A DNA stretch of 64,000 nucleotides from Candidatus Latescibacterota bacterium (GCA_965116875.1 OZ220733.1:4512001-4576000), one strand, 5' to 3'; numbered from the stretch's first letter, positions 12,301 to 21,608 are shown. Notes: generated by a model from the sequence alone, not told the origin. Numbers and translations: made by a program.

Positions 12301-12577
12301 ACTGCCGCCGCTGTCGAAAGAGTGGCTGAAAGGCGGTGGAACGGGAATACGTCAGCTTGACCGGAGAACGATGAAAGACGTGCGCGGGGGTTTTTCCGAA
12401 AGAGAGTTGGATGCCCGGTTCGGCGTGGAGCCTGGCCGAATCGGACAAAAGACTCGTGCTGAGCGCAAAAGCGAGGATCGCGGGAAGCGGAAGCGTCGTT
12501 CCCCGTTGTGATTCTCTGGAGATGTATGGGATCTGCATGCGTGAATTGGCGTGGCTTGTTCGAGGACGGCCCTGCAC
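6314..12577 (-). CDS. sprA: SprA/Sov-like giant outer-membrane protein (T9SS translocon family); start uncertain
   Basis: 2087 aa. DDIIQEIEAG, GLFGIKG, YIDDFEGAE and IWLDELRV match SprA motifs. Ends in a beta-strand with terminal F (IRFN). Confidence 0.85.
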   Translation of the reverse strand: MQGRPRTSHANSRMQIPYISRESQRGTTLPLPAILAFALSTSLLSDSARLHAEPGIQLSFGKTPAHVFHRSPVKLTYSRSTAFQPLFRQRRQFTQTVTRLLNTDTGTLMVYRAAGEVVHGIPAVITIKGLSAYKFDADFRRVVAEKLSLPVRTRRDMGGALVDIKIPVNVPKALSVITGEGDTNIKITGSRRIDLSGRNTTVGGQAQTVRARAAEGFTVNFEQESQLNVQGTIGDRISLNLQQDSRGQTDISESLQFRYDGDEDDIIQEIEAGRTSLSLPGTRLVGFSSSNPSGLFGIKGRGRLGGLDVTVVTSHDRGASNRKSFQGQAEEIAHRISDYDYEENRYFFLDQVYRRSFPDEPARPDLVDINSVRVFLNDFNDRNDIEQRAGRGSAYAYWTGGAAPEPDAGADGAQSGGIEEGFFHELDRSEFLVDARGYLIMTVRRVQRSHTLAVAYRTADGRVFGDLNFIQNPSDPETKIRLKLIHARQQRPEFPTWDLAWRNVYFLGDRNIEPEGFELEILRDVPGQEAVDNQGGTPYLQIFGLDRHTNGASESSPPDNLIDIDGGTNLPGLNLLTGHLVFPDLEPFGERGVGAETLADDARVPEIYNTTNNTTRAQKGQYFLRIRSQSRATKFNLGFGVIENSEEVLLNTQRLTRGRDYDIQYVSGDINLIGEAADLAADPSANLTINYRSKSQFGLGGGQKSLLGIRAEHPFKDNVSMVGVSLLYGSESARTQRIRVGDEPARTLIWDMNGRFRFKPQILTDFANRLPFVSTEAPSALNVDMEIAQSLPNPNTKNVAYIDDFEGAESRKSFSTFKFDWSAGSFPTRNGLPLSLPKGRLTWYNLVDRDRITIYEIQPSRDDIPVESSIIDDVLSVRFEPHRTNGFPETSRNPAGGLPETSWAGITSYLFGMDFSRSKFIELWVRGNSGRLHIDLGEISERAGLLLDHATFNPPPAGQFRTEDRPLPGFPTGDDVAVPEEDIGLDGLTDAQEDSVFRLIYPGVTVPDDPSDDNFKDVDDAQEDLRFRYPAGINGTQNNNPEREQRPDSEDLNRNGILDTRNHYLHYGVDLASDRGWNPLTGEYDGPSVLVVGSQSDPSDRPWRLLRIPLRGGNAPRTVEGNPDTTFAGVFDFARIWIEHDDTTSLDIYTIAAVGSDWLEDESPEGQQSGDFKVATIGTDNQVYELPPGLEREIDPQTGRQLLERSLVLRFEDLFPGESMSASRTFTEGQNYTRYGLMTMFVHGGNPTSPAYEANFPAGPDSVAGSFSPIELFVRFSPIGEDTLNFYEFRKPIYRGWSPENNTFKIELDVLSQIKAKLTDFKAIGQASDTLRISLPTGEILADYDSEASQIRARLHGGTYTVRGNPALSKIKSFVVGVRNTGEFPLEGENEIWLDELRVDRIRKKNAVSMLLNVQTTLADLGNVSLNLERRSGDFQDLQGRSTGNTTTQVSMNGSFNLNKFLPDRWNTVIPVRFNYLRNGSVPRIRQGSDIVLTEQQKSRESAVRASSRFNVSLRKRAAATDRRWIARLFFDRINASLNLLSNNAVSGAITRRRSNKQHNFNGSFSYDVSWPRQRGVTILTWIPGLGSTFEEVRFFYLPSTIRYNLRFDRKNINRRSFSAVEGDTSDVIAVLNETFNVNESFAIKLTPFRSLNANYSLGVNRDLRNSFDFARLQFGRETTRNQEVRFNFTPRVSKWLNINSDYSARYRERLETGGQRTPIGNERRGLSVGNTSRVGGRFSLNVPGLFRPLARPSKDRTGFSVVRLIGRLGGSLELVQVNVFRNRTFNLFGLRRRPALKFQLGITDTTTSPRYGSGGVTRVNTRNITDNAIVKGGVRLPAGFRGSTNLTFNHTRSFGNANTEEQKLEFPEFGINWRGLGELPVLRWLFTSSNLSFNYKTNRTFRGDGGLDDHVLTNDTRRTEFRPLVAWQARWKNRMSTNLRRNRSRQSDIRYQRNVAADTTLAQPTLEERQIGTTITETSQFTASLRYSLSSKFVRKLQSNLDLTLEYGTNTSLKREIPRSADATETEQAVVRQSEDRWHSSLAGQYQFSSKFTGGTRLRHENRKDKLRDLNNRVWEFKVWGEIRFN

Positions 12578-12828
12578 GTCGTGGTCAGGAGTAAGGCGTC
12601 AAACTAATAATACCGAACACGGTGTTAAAGATCAAGGGAAAATCCGAACAGGATGATTCATACATAACAAAATTAAAAACAATTAGTTAAAAAGAAAAAT
12701 CTACATGCCGCACAGGCGACGGGTCCAGAAAGAGCTTCCGAAGAAGAAAAATTCCGGTATATTCTTGCGTCTTTCCGTGTCAGGATCTTTAACTCTTTAG
12801 AAAACACACGGTTCCATGGAGATGGGGC

Positions 12829-14127
12829 ATGGTGCTGTCCAGGTACGTGTTGAAGGAGCATGTCGTGCCGTTTGCGTTCGGTTTCTCCGTGATCATGTTT
12901 CTCCTGGTCATTGACCTCATCCTCCAGAAGATGGACCTCATACTCGGCAAGGGCATCGCACCGGGTGTGGTCCTGGAACTGTTTCTGTTGAATACCGCGT
13001 GGATGATCGCCCTGGCAGTCCCTATGGCGGTACTGGTCGCCACGCTGATGGCTTTCGGCCGGCTGAGCGCCGACGGTGAGATTTCGGCCATGCAGGCGCT
13101 TGGAATCGGTGTCTACCGTGTAATACTTCCGGTATTCCTGACCGGTGCAACGCTGGCGATCGGACTGGTTGTCTTCAATGACAGGATACTGCCTGAATTC
13201 AACTACCGTGCCCGATTGCTGATGGGAGACATTCAGCGAAAGCGCCCCACGGTGGCGCTGGAGGATCGGAGCGGTATCTTCATTCAGGATTTCGCCAATT
13301 ACAGGATTCTGATCGGTGATATCGACAGACGGACTTCAAACCTGAAGGATGTTCTGATATACAAGTACGAAGCCGGAGGGTATCCGGTATCCATTGCGGC
13401 CGAATCCGGCCAGGTTCGAATTGACAGCGAGAGTGACGAGGCGCTGGTAACGCTGGAGAACGGTGAATGGCATCGGGTGGACAGGGCGGACACCGACGTC
13501 TATATCAGAGCGCGTTTCCGAAAAAAAAACCTGCGCCTCGGAGAAGCCGGTCGACAACTGATACGCACGATGTCCCATTACCGGACGGACAGGGAGATGG
13601 GCTTGAACGCGATGATGGAAAAGGTGGATGCGTACCATCGGGAGGCGTCTGCATTGCAGGCCGAAGCCGCTGACAGCGCAGGTGCCGCGCTGGGGCGGAT
13701 GCTTTTCGGGCCCGGCGCCGAACGCCGTCCCTTTGGAATCGTCTCGGACCTGGCCATGAAATTACGAACTGACGCCGCGATTGGGCATCACAAACTCCGG
13801 CAGGCGGACCGGTACCGGGTTGAGATCCACAAAAAACTCTCGATTCCTGTTGCATGTATTGTCTTCGTTGTCATAGGCGCCCCGCTCGGAATACGGGTAC
13901 GAGGGAGCAGTCCCGCTGTCGGGGCAGGAATCAGTATCGGTTTCTTTCTTCTGTGGTGGCTTTGCCTGATCAGCGGGGAAACGCTGGCTGATCGCGGATA
14001 TGTCCCGCCGTGGGTTGCCATGTGGAGCCCCAACTTCATTGTACTCGCCTGCGGTTCATGGCTCGTATTCGGAACGGTGCTCGGGTTGCGTTTCGGTGAG
14101 TGGAGGAGGCGTTTTTGCGCATCTTGA
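12829..14127 (+). CDS. lptF: LptF/LptG-family LPS export permease
   Basis: RYVLKE start, FGRLSADGEISAM, VEIHKKLSIPVAC..GAPLG, WSPN. Confidence 0.9.
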   Translation: MVLSRYVLKEHVVPFAFGFSVIMFLLVIDLILQKMDLILGKGIAPGVVLELFLLNTAWMIALAVPMAVLVATLMAFGRLSADGEISAMQALGIGVYRVILPVFLTGATLAIGLVVFNDRILPEFNYRARLLMGDIQRKRPTVALEDRSGIFIQDFANYRILIGDIDRRTSNLKDVLIYKYEAGGYPVSIAAESGQVRIDSESDEALVTLENGEWHRVDRADTDVYIRARFRKKNLRLGEAGRQLIRTMSHYRTDREMGLNAMMEKVDAYHREASALQAEAADSAGAALGRMLFGPGAERRPFGIVSDLAMKLRTDAAIGHHKLRQADRYRVEIHKKLSIPVACIVFVVIGAPLGIRVRGSSPAVGAGISIGFFLLWWLCLISGETLADRGYVPPWVAMWSPNFIVLACGSWLVFGTVLGLRFGEWRRRFCAS

Positions 14128-15185
14128 GCCGATATGTACAGAAACAGTTTTTCGTATTCCTGGTTTTGTGTTTTTCAGGATTCCTGGCCGTTTTCATCGT
14201 TGTGGACCTCGCCGGCAGGCTCAGCGGCTTCATAGACAGCGGCGTGAGCGGCGGCACGATATTCGTTTACTATGCGCTCTCCACACCTTATATGGGTATC
14301 CTTATCTTGCCGATGGCGATGTTGCTGGCCAGCCTTTTCTGTTTTGGCAATCTCGCGCGCTTCGGCGAGCTTGCCGCGATGAAATCGGCGGGCATCTCGC
14401 TCTACAGCATCGCCGCGCCCGTTCTGGGGGCCGCTCTTTTCGTGTGTACCGCATCGTTCTTTCTGACCGACCGGGTCATGCCGGGAGCAAACCGGAAACG
14501 CGCGGCAATTGTCGAGGGCAAACGCCGGACCGTCTTTGCGCCGATTGTGTCCCAGGTTGTCCTTCAGGACGTCGACGGACAGATTCTATCCGTTGCCACC
14601 TACTTCCGCAATGAAGCGCGCGGGGAGCAGGTGACGCTGGACAGGTATGACGGGATGCGCCTGGTCGAAAAGTTGCGTGCCGAGGAAATGCGTTGGCAGC
14701 GCGGGCGATGGACGTTTCTGCGTGGCGAAGTGAGAAGGTTTTCAGAAGGTGGCGGAGAACAGGTTACCCGGTTCGGATTCATGCCGGCGCGCGACGTCAC
14801 CCTCACGCCTGAAGACCTCAGCCGGGACGTTCGTTCGGCGGATGAGCTGAGTTTTTCCGAACTCACCGCGCTTATTGAGCGAAAGCGGCGAATGGGCGAT
14901 GACGTCGTCCGGGTTCAGGTCGCACGTTACATGCGCGTTTCATTTCCATTCACAGGGTTTGTTATGGCTTTATTTGGTATTTCACTCTCGTCCCGTACGC
15001 AGCGCGCGGGCAAGCCCCTTCTCGTAGGAATCTGTCTATTGATCTCGTTTGTCTATTATGGGTGCATCCAGGCAGGTCGGGTCATGGGCTGGAACGGAAT
15101 CCTGCCGCCGTTCTCGAGCGCGTGGGCCGCCAATTTTCTGTTTATGGGTCTGGGCGCGGTTCTTCTGATCCGGACCCGAAGGTAG
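14115..15185 (+). CDS. lptG: LptF/LptG-family LPS export permease
   Basis: ELAAMKSAGIS, multiple TM segments, AWAAN. TTG start at 14115 follows RBS GGAGGAGG. Confidence 0.88.
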   Translation: MRILSRYVQKQFFVFLVLCFSGFLAVFIVVDLAGRLSGFIDSGVSGGTIFVYYALSTPYMGILILPMAMLLASLFCFGNLARFGELAAMKSAGISLYSIAAPVLGAALFVCTASFFLTDRVMPGANRKRAAIVEGKRRTVFAPIVSQVVLQDVDGQILSVATYFRNEARGEQVTLDRYDGMRLVEKLRAEEMRWQRGRWTFLRGEVRRFSEGGGEQVTRFGFMPARDVTLTPEDLSRDVRSADELSFSELTALIERKRRMGDDVVRVQVARYMRVSFPFTGFVMALFGISLSSRTQRAGKPLLVGICLLISFVYYGCIQAGRVMGWNGILPPFSSAWAANFLFMGLGAVLLIRTRR

Positions 15186-15206
15186 ATGCCCGGACGCCGG
15201 GTACAC

Positions 15207-15240
15207 AAAAAGAGGACACATTGACAATGCGTCCTCTTTT
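15207..15240. terminator. Bidirectional terminator between convergent lptG and M23 gene
   Basis: AAAAGAGGACACATTG / CAATGCGTCCTCTTTT inverted repeat with A and T tails. Confidence 0.7.
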
Positions 15241-15270
15241 GGAATCATATTGGCAGTAAATCCTGGTATC

Positions 15271-16245
15271 CTAGTATCGCGAGAGACGATGCCTCCGGTT
15301 TTTCTGATTGTGGATGAACTTTCGAGGATTCATCGGGTGTTCCTTGTTCCCGTCCCTCTTCGTCACGGCATAATGCAGATGCGGCGCCGTCGCACGTCCG
15401 GATCTTCCCATTCTGCCAACCACCTGCCCGCGTTTCACGACCTGACCCACGCCAAGCGACGGTTTCTTCACGAGATGGGCGTACAGCGTGCGATAATCCG
15501 TGCCGTGGTCGATGGATATGTACCAGCCGAGATACCTGTCTTTGCCGACGGACTCCACCCGTCCGTTGGCCGTGGCCAGAATCTTCGTACCGGATCGACC
15601 GGCAATGTCGATGCCTTTATGAAACTGTCTGGCGCCGGTAAAGGGATTGGTCCGATAGCCGAAGCCCGAGGAAATCCAGCATCCGGACTCCGGGGGTACC
15701 GGAAGTATGGAAGGTGTATGCAGGCGGGCGATCTCGTTTTGATTGAGGATTGAGTAGATATGCTCGAAACTGGCTTCGAGAAAGCGGGCTTCCCGCAAAA
15801 GCTGGTCCACGTCGGTATTCGCCCTCGTCAACCTCTTGCCGATGTCGCCAGTCACCTGGCCATCCCACTCCGGCGCACCCGTGTCATATCCACCCACGCC
15901 CATTTTCCGCACCTCGTCGCCCGGTTCGGCCAGATTGACCCAGGTGCGGAACATGCGGTCCATTTCCGTAAGGTCGTTTACATCATCCCGCAGCCCTTCC
16001 ATTTTTTGCTGCAATCGGCTGACCTGTTTTCTGAGCACGGAATTCTCGGACGTCAGCGCGAGAAGCTCTGTTTCCTGATGCCGGTTTACGAAATAACCCA
16101 GTGCATAAAAAATGACGGCGAGGGCAAGACACCCGAACAGAAACGCGGCCCCAAGCCCCCAAACGGTGGGGCGAGAGGCCCGGACCTGGCGCATCTGATC
16201 TCTATTATGGGGTATGACCATCAGCGTCAGGTTTCTCTTCCACAT
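15271..16245 (-). CDS. M23-family metallopeptidase with TM segment and coiled coil
   Basis: SSGFGYR..PF, HKGID, YAHL, HLHY motifs. Confidence 0.92.
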   Translation of the reverse strand: MWKRNLTLMVIPHNRDQMRQVRASRPTVWGLGAAFLFGCLALAVIFYALGYFVNRHQETELLALTSENSVLRKQVSRLQQKMEGLRDDVNDLTEMDRMFRTWVNLAEPGDEVRKMGVGGYDTGAPEWDGQVTGDIGKRLTRANTDVDQLLREARFLEASFEHIYSILNQNEIARLHTPSILPVPPESGCWISSGFGYRTNPFTGARQFHKGIDIAGRSGTKILATANGRVESVGKDRYLGWYISIDHGTDYRTLYAHLVKKPSLGVGQVVKRGQVVGRMGRSGRATAPHLHYAVTKRDGNKEHPMNPRKFIHNQKNRRHRLSRY

Positions 16246-16504
16246 AGACGAAACCTTTCGTTGGTGGATTTTACAGCCAAAAACAGCCTGTATCCTGAGT
16301 ATTGTCTGACAGTGCAGAATTAACGACTTTTCCGGAATTAAGTCAAGGCAAAACGAAACCGATCAGAGTCGTGCCGCGTACCCTCCTCCCGGCGCATATC
16401 GTTCTGACGGAACGATCCGAGCGCCGGCGTTCCGTAGGGCGACGACCTGTCCGGGCGGTACCATTCGACCATTTGAAGGAGATCGATTCGGACAGCGATG
16501 TTGA

Positions 16505-17854
16505 CTAAGCGGACATCATGTGGTCGATTACCTCGGCCTTCAGCGTGTCTCTCAGCGTCGGCTGGTCGACGCAGAAGATACGTACGACCTTGGCCTGCGT
16601 TTCAAAGTTGCCGATCAGGTACTCCTTGAGCAGGGAGACTTCCGGGTCGTCGAACCGGAGGGGGTCGGCCCTGTCAAGTGGGATGTGGGATCCAAAGTAG
16701 ACGTTCAGGTTGACCTCGGGGCTCTTCCCAAGCCGTGGGATATCGATCAGAATCTCGTCGCCGTTCAGCTCGAGCCCGGTCTTCGCGCCGAATTCCTTGC
16801 ACAATTCGATTTCGAGTTTCCGCCGGTCGGCGGGCTGATAATACAACCTCTCGAGTTTGGCCGTCAGGCCCTCTTCTTTTTCTCCGGGGAAGAAGACCCG
16901 TGCAACCTTGTAGAGTTTACGACGTTTCAGACGCCCGATCATGCTGCTTCGCCGATCGATACCCAACCGATCCATCTCCAGTTCAAGGCGGTGAATCAGG
17001 TCGGCTTCCGTCGCCCTGTTGAAGTCAGCTTCGCCAAGGCTGGAAGCAGGGTGATGCAGCAGATCCTGGATACCGCGTTTGAACATCGCATTGGCAGACC
17101 GCACGGCGTGGTGCCAGTATACGTTCCGGTACATCAGATAGCTCGTGAATACGAGTGCTTCCACGGCGGAAACACCCTTGTAGGTGATCGCGGGCCGCTG
17201 TCCCGCCGGATCGAACGTGATTGAACCCAGCAGACGGTCCCGGTTGACGGACTCGCCGAATGGCACCCCGCAATAACGCGCATCTCTAAGGAGGTAGTCG
17301 ATCTTGTCAGGGTCCAGTGTGCCGCTTAGAATATGCGCCAGGCGCAGGTCGGCATCGGGGACCGCCACGCTGCTGTTGCGGTAGTCGATCACGTTGGCTA
17401 CCCGGAGCGGGTCCGTCTCCGCCTTCAGAAGGGCGGCGTTGACTTCCGTGGAAGGATCCAGGATGATCTGCCGGCCGCGTTCCTCGTGGTCGACGAAAAA
17501 CATCTGCATTTCTTCGAGTACGTGGCAGAACGGATAGTGGCCGATGTCGTGCAGCAGGCTGGCCGCCAGCAGAACGCGAGCATCTTCGATATTTATATCC
17601 GGTGGCGGTTTCGCATGGGCAAGCCGCCGAAGAAACTGACCGGCAATGTGGAAGACGCCCAGCGAGTGTTCGAACCTGGAATGGCGGGCCCCGGGATAGA
17701 CCAGAAGTACGTGGCCAAGCTGGGAGATGTCACGCAGGCGCTGGAATTCTTCGGCGTCAACCAGCGGGACCATATCGTCGGGAATATGGATGTGTCCCCA
17801 GATGGGATCCCGGATGGCCTTGCCCGAATCCAGAAACCGGAGGTCGATCTGCAT
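16505..17854 (-). CDS. HD-domain phosphohydrolase (dNTP triphosphohydrolase-like)
   Basis: RDPIWG, FQRLRDISQLG, RFEHSLG, LLHDIGH, DKIDYLLRD. Confidence 0.9.
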   Translation of the reverse strand: MQIDLRFLDSGKAIRDPIWGHIHIPDDMVPLVDAEEFQRLRDISQLGHVLLVYPGARHSRFEHSLGVFHIAGQFLRRLAHAKPPPDINIEDARVLLAASLLHDIGHYPFCHVLEEMQMFFVDHEERGRQIILDPSTEVNAALLKAETDPLRVANVIDYRNSSVAVPDADLRLAHILSGTLDPDKIDYLLRDARYCGVPFGESVNRDRLLGSITFDPAGQRPAITYKGVSAVEALVFTSYLMYRNVYWHHAVRSANAMFKRGIQDLLHHPASSLGEADFNRATEADLIHRLELEMDRLGIDRRSSMIGRLKRRKLYKVARVFFPGEKEEGLTAKLERLYYQPADRRKLEIELCKEFGAKTGLELNGDEILIDIPRLGKSPEVNLNVYFGSHIPLDRADPLRFDDPEVSLLKEYLIGNFETQAKVVRIFCVDQPTLRDTLKAEVIDHMMSA

Positions 17855-18157
17855 TGAATAACGCTCGTCGTGTAAGGGCCCGGTGGCACGCCATCGGGCA
17901 CAGGGTTTCCGGACAGGTGTACGCCGTACAGGCTCTGTTCTTTCCCGGATCGTTCAAAATATCGGTATCGACATTGCGTAAGTCAAGCCTCGCGCCGGGA
18001 ACGGAACCCGGCGTTGTGCGGGAATTCGAACCCATGAAATACACGGCACAATCCGTATGCCGGATGGAGGAAGGATGAAGACGCCTGCAGTCAGGAGTGC
18101 AATCCGCTCTTGTCACCGGGTCAGGACTTCCGGGATGTTCCCGCCGTTTCGGAGAAG

Positions 18158-18886
18158 ATGCCGATGTGTACCCTGAACACGTGGTGGGAGAGCCCGCTGC
18201 CTGAGACACGCGTCGCCCTGATCGCTGAAATGGCCGGTGTACTCGACGGTTTGTTCGGTGGAGCGGCATGGGACCTTGAGCGCGTGCGACCGGATGGTCT
18301 CGATGCCCTGATGAGGACGATCCTTTCCCAGAATACGAACGACGAAAACAGGGACAGGGCGTTTGAGACGATGCGTGCCCGGTTTCCGGAGTGGGGCGAC
18401 GTGATGGTCGCGGACGAAGCACGTCTGAAGGACGCGATACGCGTGGCGGGACTTGCGAACTCAAAGGCGCCGAATATGCAGGCGTTCCTGCGCTGGCTGA
18501 AGCAAAAACGAGGGGATTTGAACCTTGATTTCCTGCAGGATCTGCCGAATCAGGCCGCGGTGTCCCTGTTGACCGAACATCGAGGCATCGGGGTCAAGAC
18601 GGCGTACATCGTACTTGCTTTTGCGTTTGATCGCGACCTGTGCGCAGTGGATACGCACGTGTACCGCGTTCTTCGCCGGGTGGGAGTTGTCTCGGCGCGA
18701 TGCAGCCGTGAAAAGGCGCACCTGGAACTCGCGCCCCTGATCCCGGACGGCCAGTCCCGGTCTTTCCATATCAATATGGTTGAATTCGGAAAGACAGTTT
18801 GCACCGCCAGGAATCCGTCCTGTGACGCCTGTTCCGTATCCCGCCTGTGCCGGTATTATCACGAATGTCAGGGAGGAAGGATATAG
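18158..18886 (+). CDS. nth: Endonuclease III-family DNA glycosylase
   Basis: ILSQNT, HhH GIGVKTA, VDTH, 4Fe-4S motif CTARNPSCDACSVSRLC. Confidence 0.85.
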   Translation: MPMCTLNTWWESPLPETRVALIAEMAGVLDGLFGGAAWDLERVRPDGLDALMRTILSQNTNDENRDRAFETMRARFPEWGDVMVADEARLKDAIRVAGLANSKAPNMQAFLRWLKQKRGDLNLDFLQDLPNQAAVSLLTEHRGIGVKTAYIVLAFAFDRDLCAVDTHVYRVLRRVGVVSARCSREKAHLELAPLIPDGQSRSFHINMVEFGKTVCTARNPSCDACSVSRLCRYYHECQGGRI

Positions 18887-18950
18887 GCCGGAATCGTTAT
18901 GAATGCACCCGACGCAAACGGGTCGCCCCCATGCGGACGACTGACGCCTT

Positions 18951-20027
18951 TCAATCTATTCTGATACGCTGCAGATCGTAGGAATCGATATTGTAGGGTT
19001 CAAAGGTATCGTCATCTCCGGGCGTGTAGACCGCCAGGTACAAATACTCATCGTTGTTGTCGATGGCGATGCCTCGTTCCCTGAGGTTTCCGGCCGCAAG
19101 AAAGTAGCGCTTCTCCAGTTTGGTCTGCGTATCGAACTCAACGATAAAAACGCCCGCTTCATCAGCGTCTGTAGGCGCGACAAATAACCGGCGGCCGTCG
19201 CGGCTCAGCGCGAGCCCCAGTGCGGGCGACTTGATTTCATATTTCCCGGACAGGGTCAGGTCGTCGGTACTGAATGCCCAGAGGTCCTTAACGTGGCCGC
19301 GGTCTTCCGGATCCGCCAGACCCAGATAGAGATGCTCGTTGAGGGGGCCAATGACGAAATCGTTGATCTTGGCTGAGAAACTGAACCGGGTTGAGGTGGT
19401 CTCCGTGGTGGGGAATCGTCCTGAAGCGTCGTATTTCAGCACATTGTTTCTGGCGGCGACAAACAGCTTTTGGTCCCCGTGGCTCATCTGAAGCGCGCCG
19501 GAACGCACGTTCCCGCTTGACTCGAGGTTGTCCACAATCGAAACTGCGATCAGCAACGGTTCATCCAGAGAGGAAACATAGACCGTCGAGTCGGTTCCGC
19601 AGACGATGTGGGAAATGTCATTCAGCGTAAAGGGAACCGTCTTCACAATGGCGAATGAACTCAGGTCGATTACCTTGAGGTTCGATTCGCCGTTCAAACC
19701 CACCACCAGACGGCGTTGATCCGGCGTGATGTCAATGTCGACGGGGTGGGAACCAACCTGAATGCTCCCGTCGACGGACATCCGGCTGCCGAGGTGGATA
19801 CGGAGTATCCGGTTGTTTCCGTAATCGGCCAGATACAGATATGGCTGATTCGGATCCATGACCATATCGGAGATGTTCACGCCGAGTTCGAGTATTTCGA
19901 AATCTTCGATCTCGTAGAACTGCTCAGGCTCCTCGTCGTCAAGATAGAGCGAGCAGCCCGCCACAAAAAGGGTTACGCACAGGGCAAGAAAAACGAACCG
20001 GCCGCTTTTCTTTCCAATTCGGTGCAT
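18951..20027 (-). CDS. Lipoprotein, YncE/YVTN-like beta-propeller
   Basis: Signal peptide with lipobox VAGC; VGSHPVDIDITPD and LALSRDGRRLFV repeats. Confidence 0.75.
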   Translation of the reverse strand: MHRIGKKSGRFVFLALCVTLFVAGCSLYLDDEEPEQFYEIEDFEILELGVNISDMVMDPNQPYLYLADYGNNRILRIHLGSRMSVDGSIQVGSHPVDIDITPDQRRLVVGLNGESNLKVIDLSSFAIVKTVPFTLNDISHIVCGTDSTVYVSSLDEPLLIAVSIVDNLESSGNVRSGALQMSHGDQKLFVAARNNVLKYDASGRFPTTETTSTRFSFSAKINDFVIGPLNEHLYLGLADPEDRGHVKDLWAFSTDDLTLSGKYEIKSPALGLALSRDGRRLFVAPTDADEAGVFIVEFDTQTKLEKRYFLAAGNLRERGIAIDNNDEYLYLAVYTPGDDDTFEPYNIDSYDLQRIRID

Positions 20028-20154
20028 GCCGGATCGCCTGAGAAGTTGTGTTAAAATTACCGGTGAGTTCCCGAGCGCGAGCGAAAAAGCGCCTGCCTGC
20101 CTTGCCTGCGGCAGCAGGCAGATGCGAAGACTGCTGGGAATTTTAAGACAGTTT

Positions 20155-21120
20155 CTAAAGCGAGATAGCATATGACGTGCTCAGCTCGACCAGATAGTCC
20201 GATGTGAGCTGGCTCTCGTTCACGTTTTGAAAGACGACAAAGGGCATGTGAAATTCAACGCTTAAATTGTCCAGTACGTTGAACCCCAATTCGGGCGAAA
20301 GATACATCCACTTTCCTCCGCGTTCTCTGGTTATCTGTCCGTACTGATATCGGTCCCTCGAGGTGATCAGGTTTTTGAGGCTCACCCCGCCGTACAGCCA
20401 GCCTCCACCCTCGTATTCCAGAGAGAGGCTTGCGTGCAGTTCGTTTCCGTATTTGTAGCCATAGATGTTCTGCCTTGAGGTGATGCGTGTGAACACACCT
20501 GCTGAAACCGTGAGATTTTCGAAACGATGGAAACCATGGATCGCCAGAATCGGATCCACACTTCCCGACCCGATCTGCAGGTTGTCGGAGAAACGCTCGC
20601 CGTACCGGTCCTTGGCATCCACGGAACCGTTTGCCAGCTTCAAACCGATGCCGAAATTCATCCCGGGAAAGCCCGCCGCGAGGGGAGCGGCGTAATTAAG
20701 CATAGCCACGATATCGCCGAGGCCGGAAGCATTCCGGACGTACTTGCCACCCTCATATTGATTGGGATTCTGACCCCGCAACAGCACCTTTTCGTTGGTT
20801 ACGGAACGAAAGGGTACGGCGAGGGCAAGACCGATGTGCCCGGAAACGCCCAGCGAGGCAAACAGGGTGGTTGTGGCATTGTCCGTTCGCTCGCGATTGA
20901 CGTTCGGAATGGCGCGCGACCCGTAGTGGGGGTCTGACAGGAATTCGTAGTCGTAATGCACGCTGAGCTTCAACTGATCCTGCACGGCGAGACTGTTCTT
21001 CATGAGGCTCCCGCCCGGGAGCACGGGGCGTCGTCAGCTGACGCCGCCCTGAGCGTGGGCGGCCGGCGCAGCGACAAATCGCGCCAGAAGAAACAGGAAG
21101 AGTACTGCGGACGTTCGCAT
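20155..21120 (-). CDS. Outer-membrane beta-barrel (MetA-pathway/phenol-degradation 'transporter'-like) with in-frame UGA at codon 29; candidate selenoprotein
   Basis: RBS AAGGA, then ATG 21120 and signal peptide MRTSAVLFLFLLARFVAAPAAHA-QGGVS. TGA at 21034-21036 is in frame with ORF 20155..21024 (GLGD, LKLANG, LQIGSGSVD, YKYGNEL). Confidence 0.75.
21007..21022 (-). promoter_or_regulatory. Putative bacterial SECIS hairpin
   Basis: GCUCCC-GGGC-GGGAGC, a perfect 6-bp stem with a G-rich loop, beginning 11 nt 3' of the UGA. Confidence 0.6.
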
Positions 21121-21361
21121 TCCGGGTTTCCTTGATTCGTTCGTTGTGGACTTGCCGGGAGCGTCCCGGATCCCGGGTTGAAATATACCTTACCTGCCTC
21201 CGGATAGCAAGGCGGATTTTCTTTTCCGAGTCTGCATAGAGCTCAAATTTACAGATCTTTACATAGCTATTCGTCGCGCCGTTTTTGCTTGACACCAAAG
21301 GGAGATTGGGCTATCTTTATCCACCGATTTCCAGCAGACGGCTTCGTACGCGGGGCTTGTG

Positions 21362-21435
<74 letters not shown>

Positions 21436-21452
21436 TTTTTGCATCAACCTGT

Positions 21453-21530
21453 GGTGGGTGTAGCTCAGATGGTTAGAGCGCCTGGTTGTGGCCCAGGAGG
21501 TCGGGGGTTCAAGTCCCCTCACTCACCCCA
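21453..21530 (+). tRNA. tRNA-His(GTG)
   Basis: G-1, GTGGGTG/CACTCAC acceptor, anticodon loop TT-GTG-GC, GGTTCAA, encoded CCA. Confidence 0.96.
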
Positions 21531-21608
21531 TTTTTCGCTTCGCTGTCTCTCGCCTTTGGTTCCCTGCGGGTCTTGGAGCCAAAGGTTTTTTAGCGTCCGT
21601 AATTTCCA

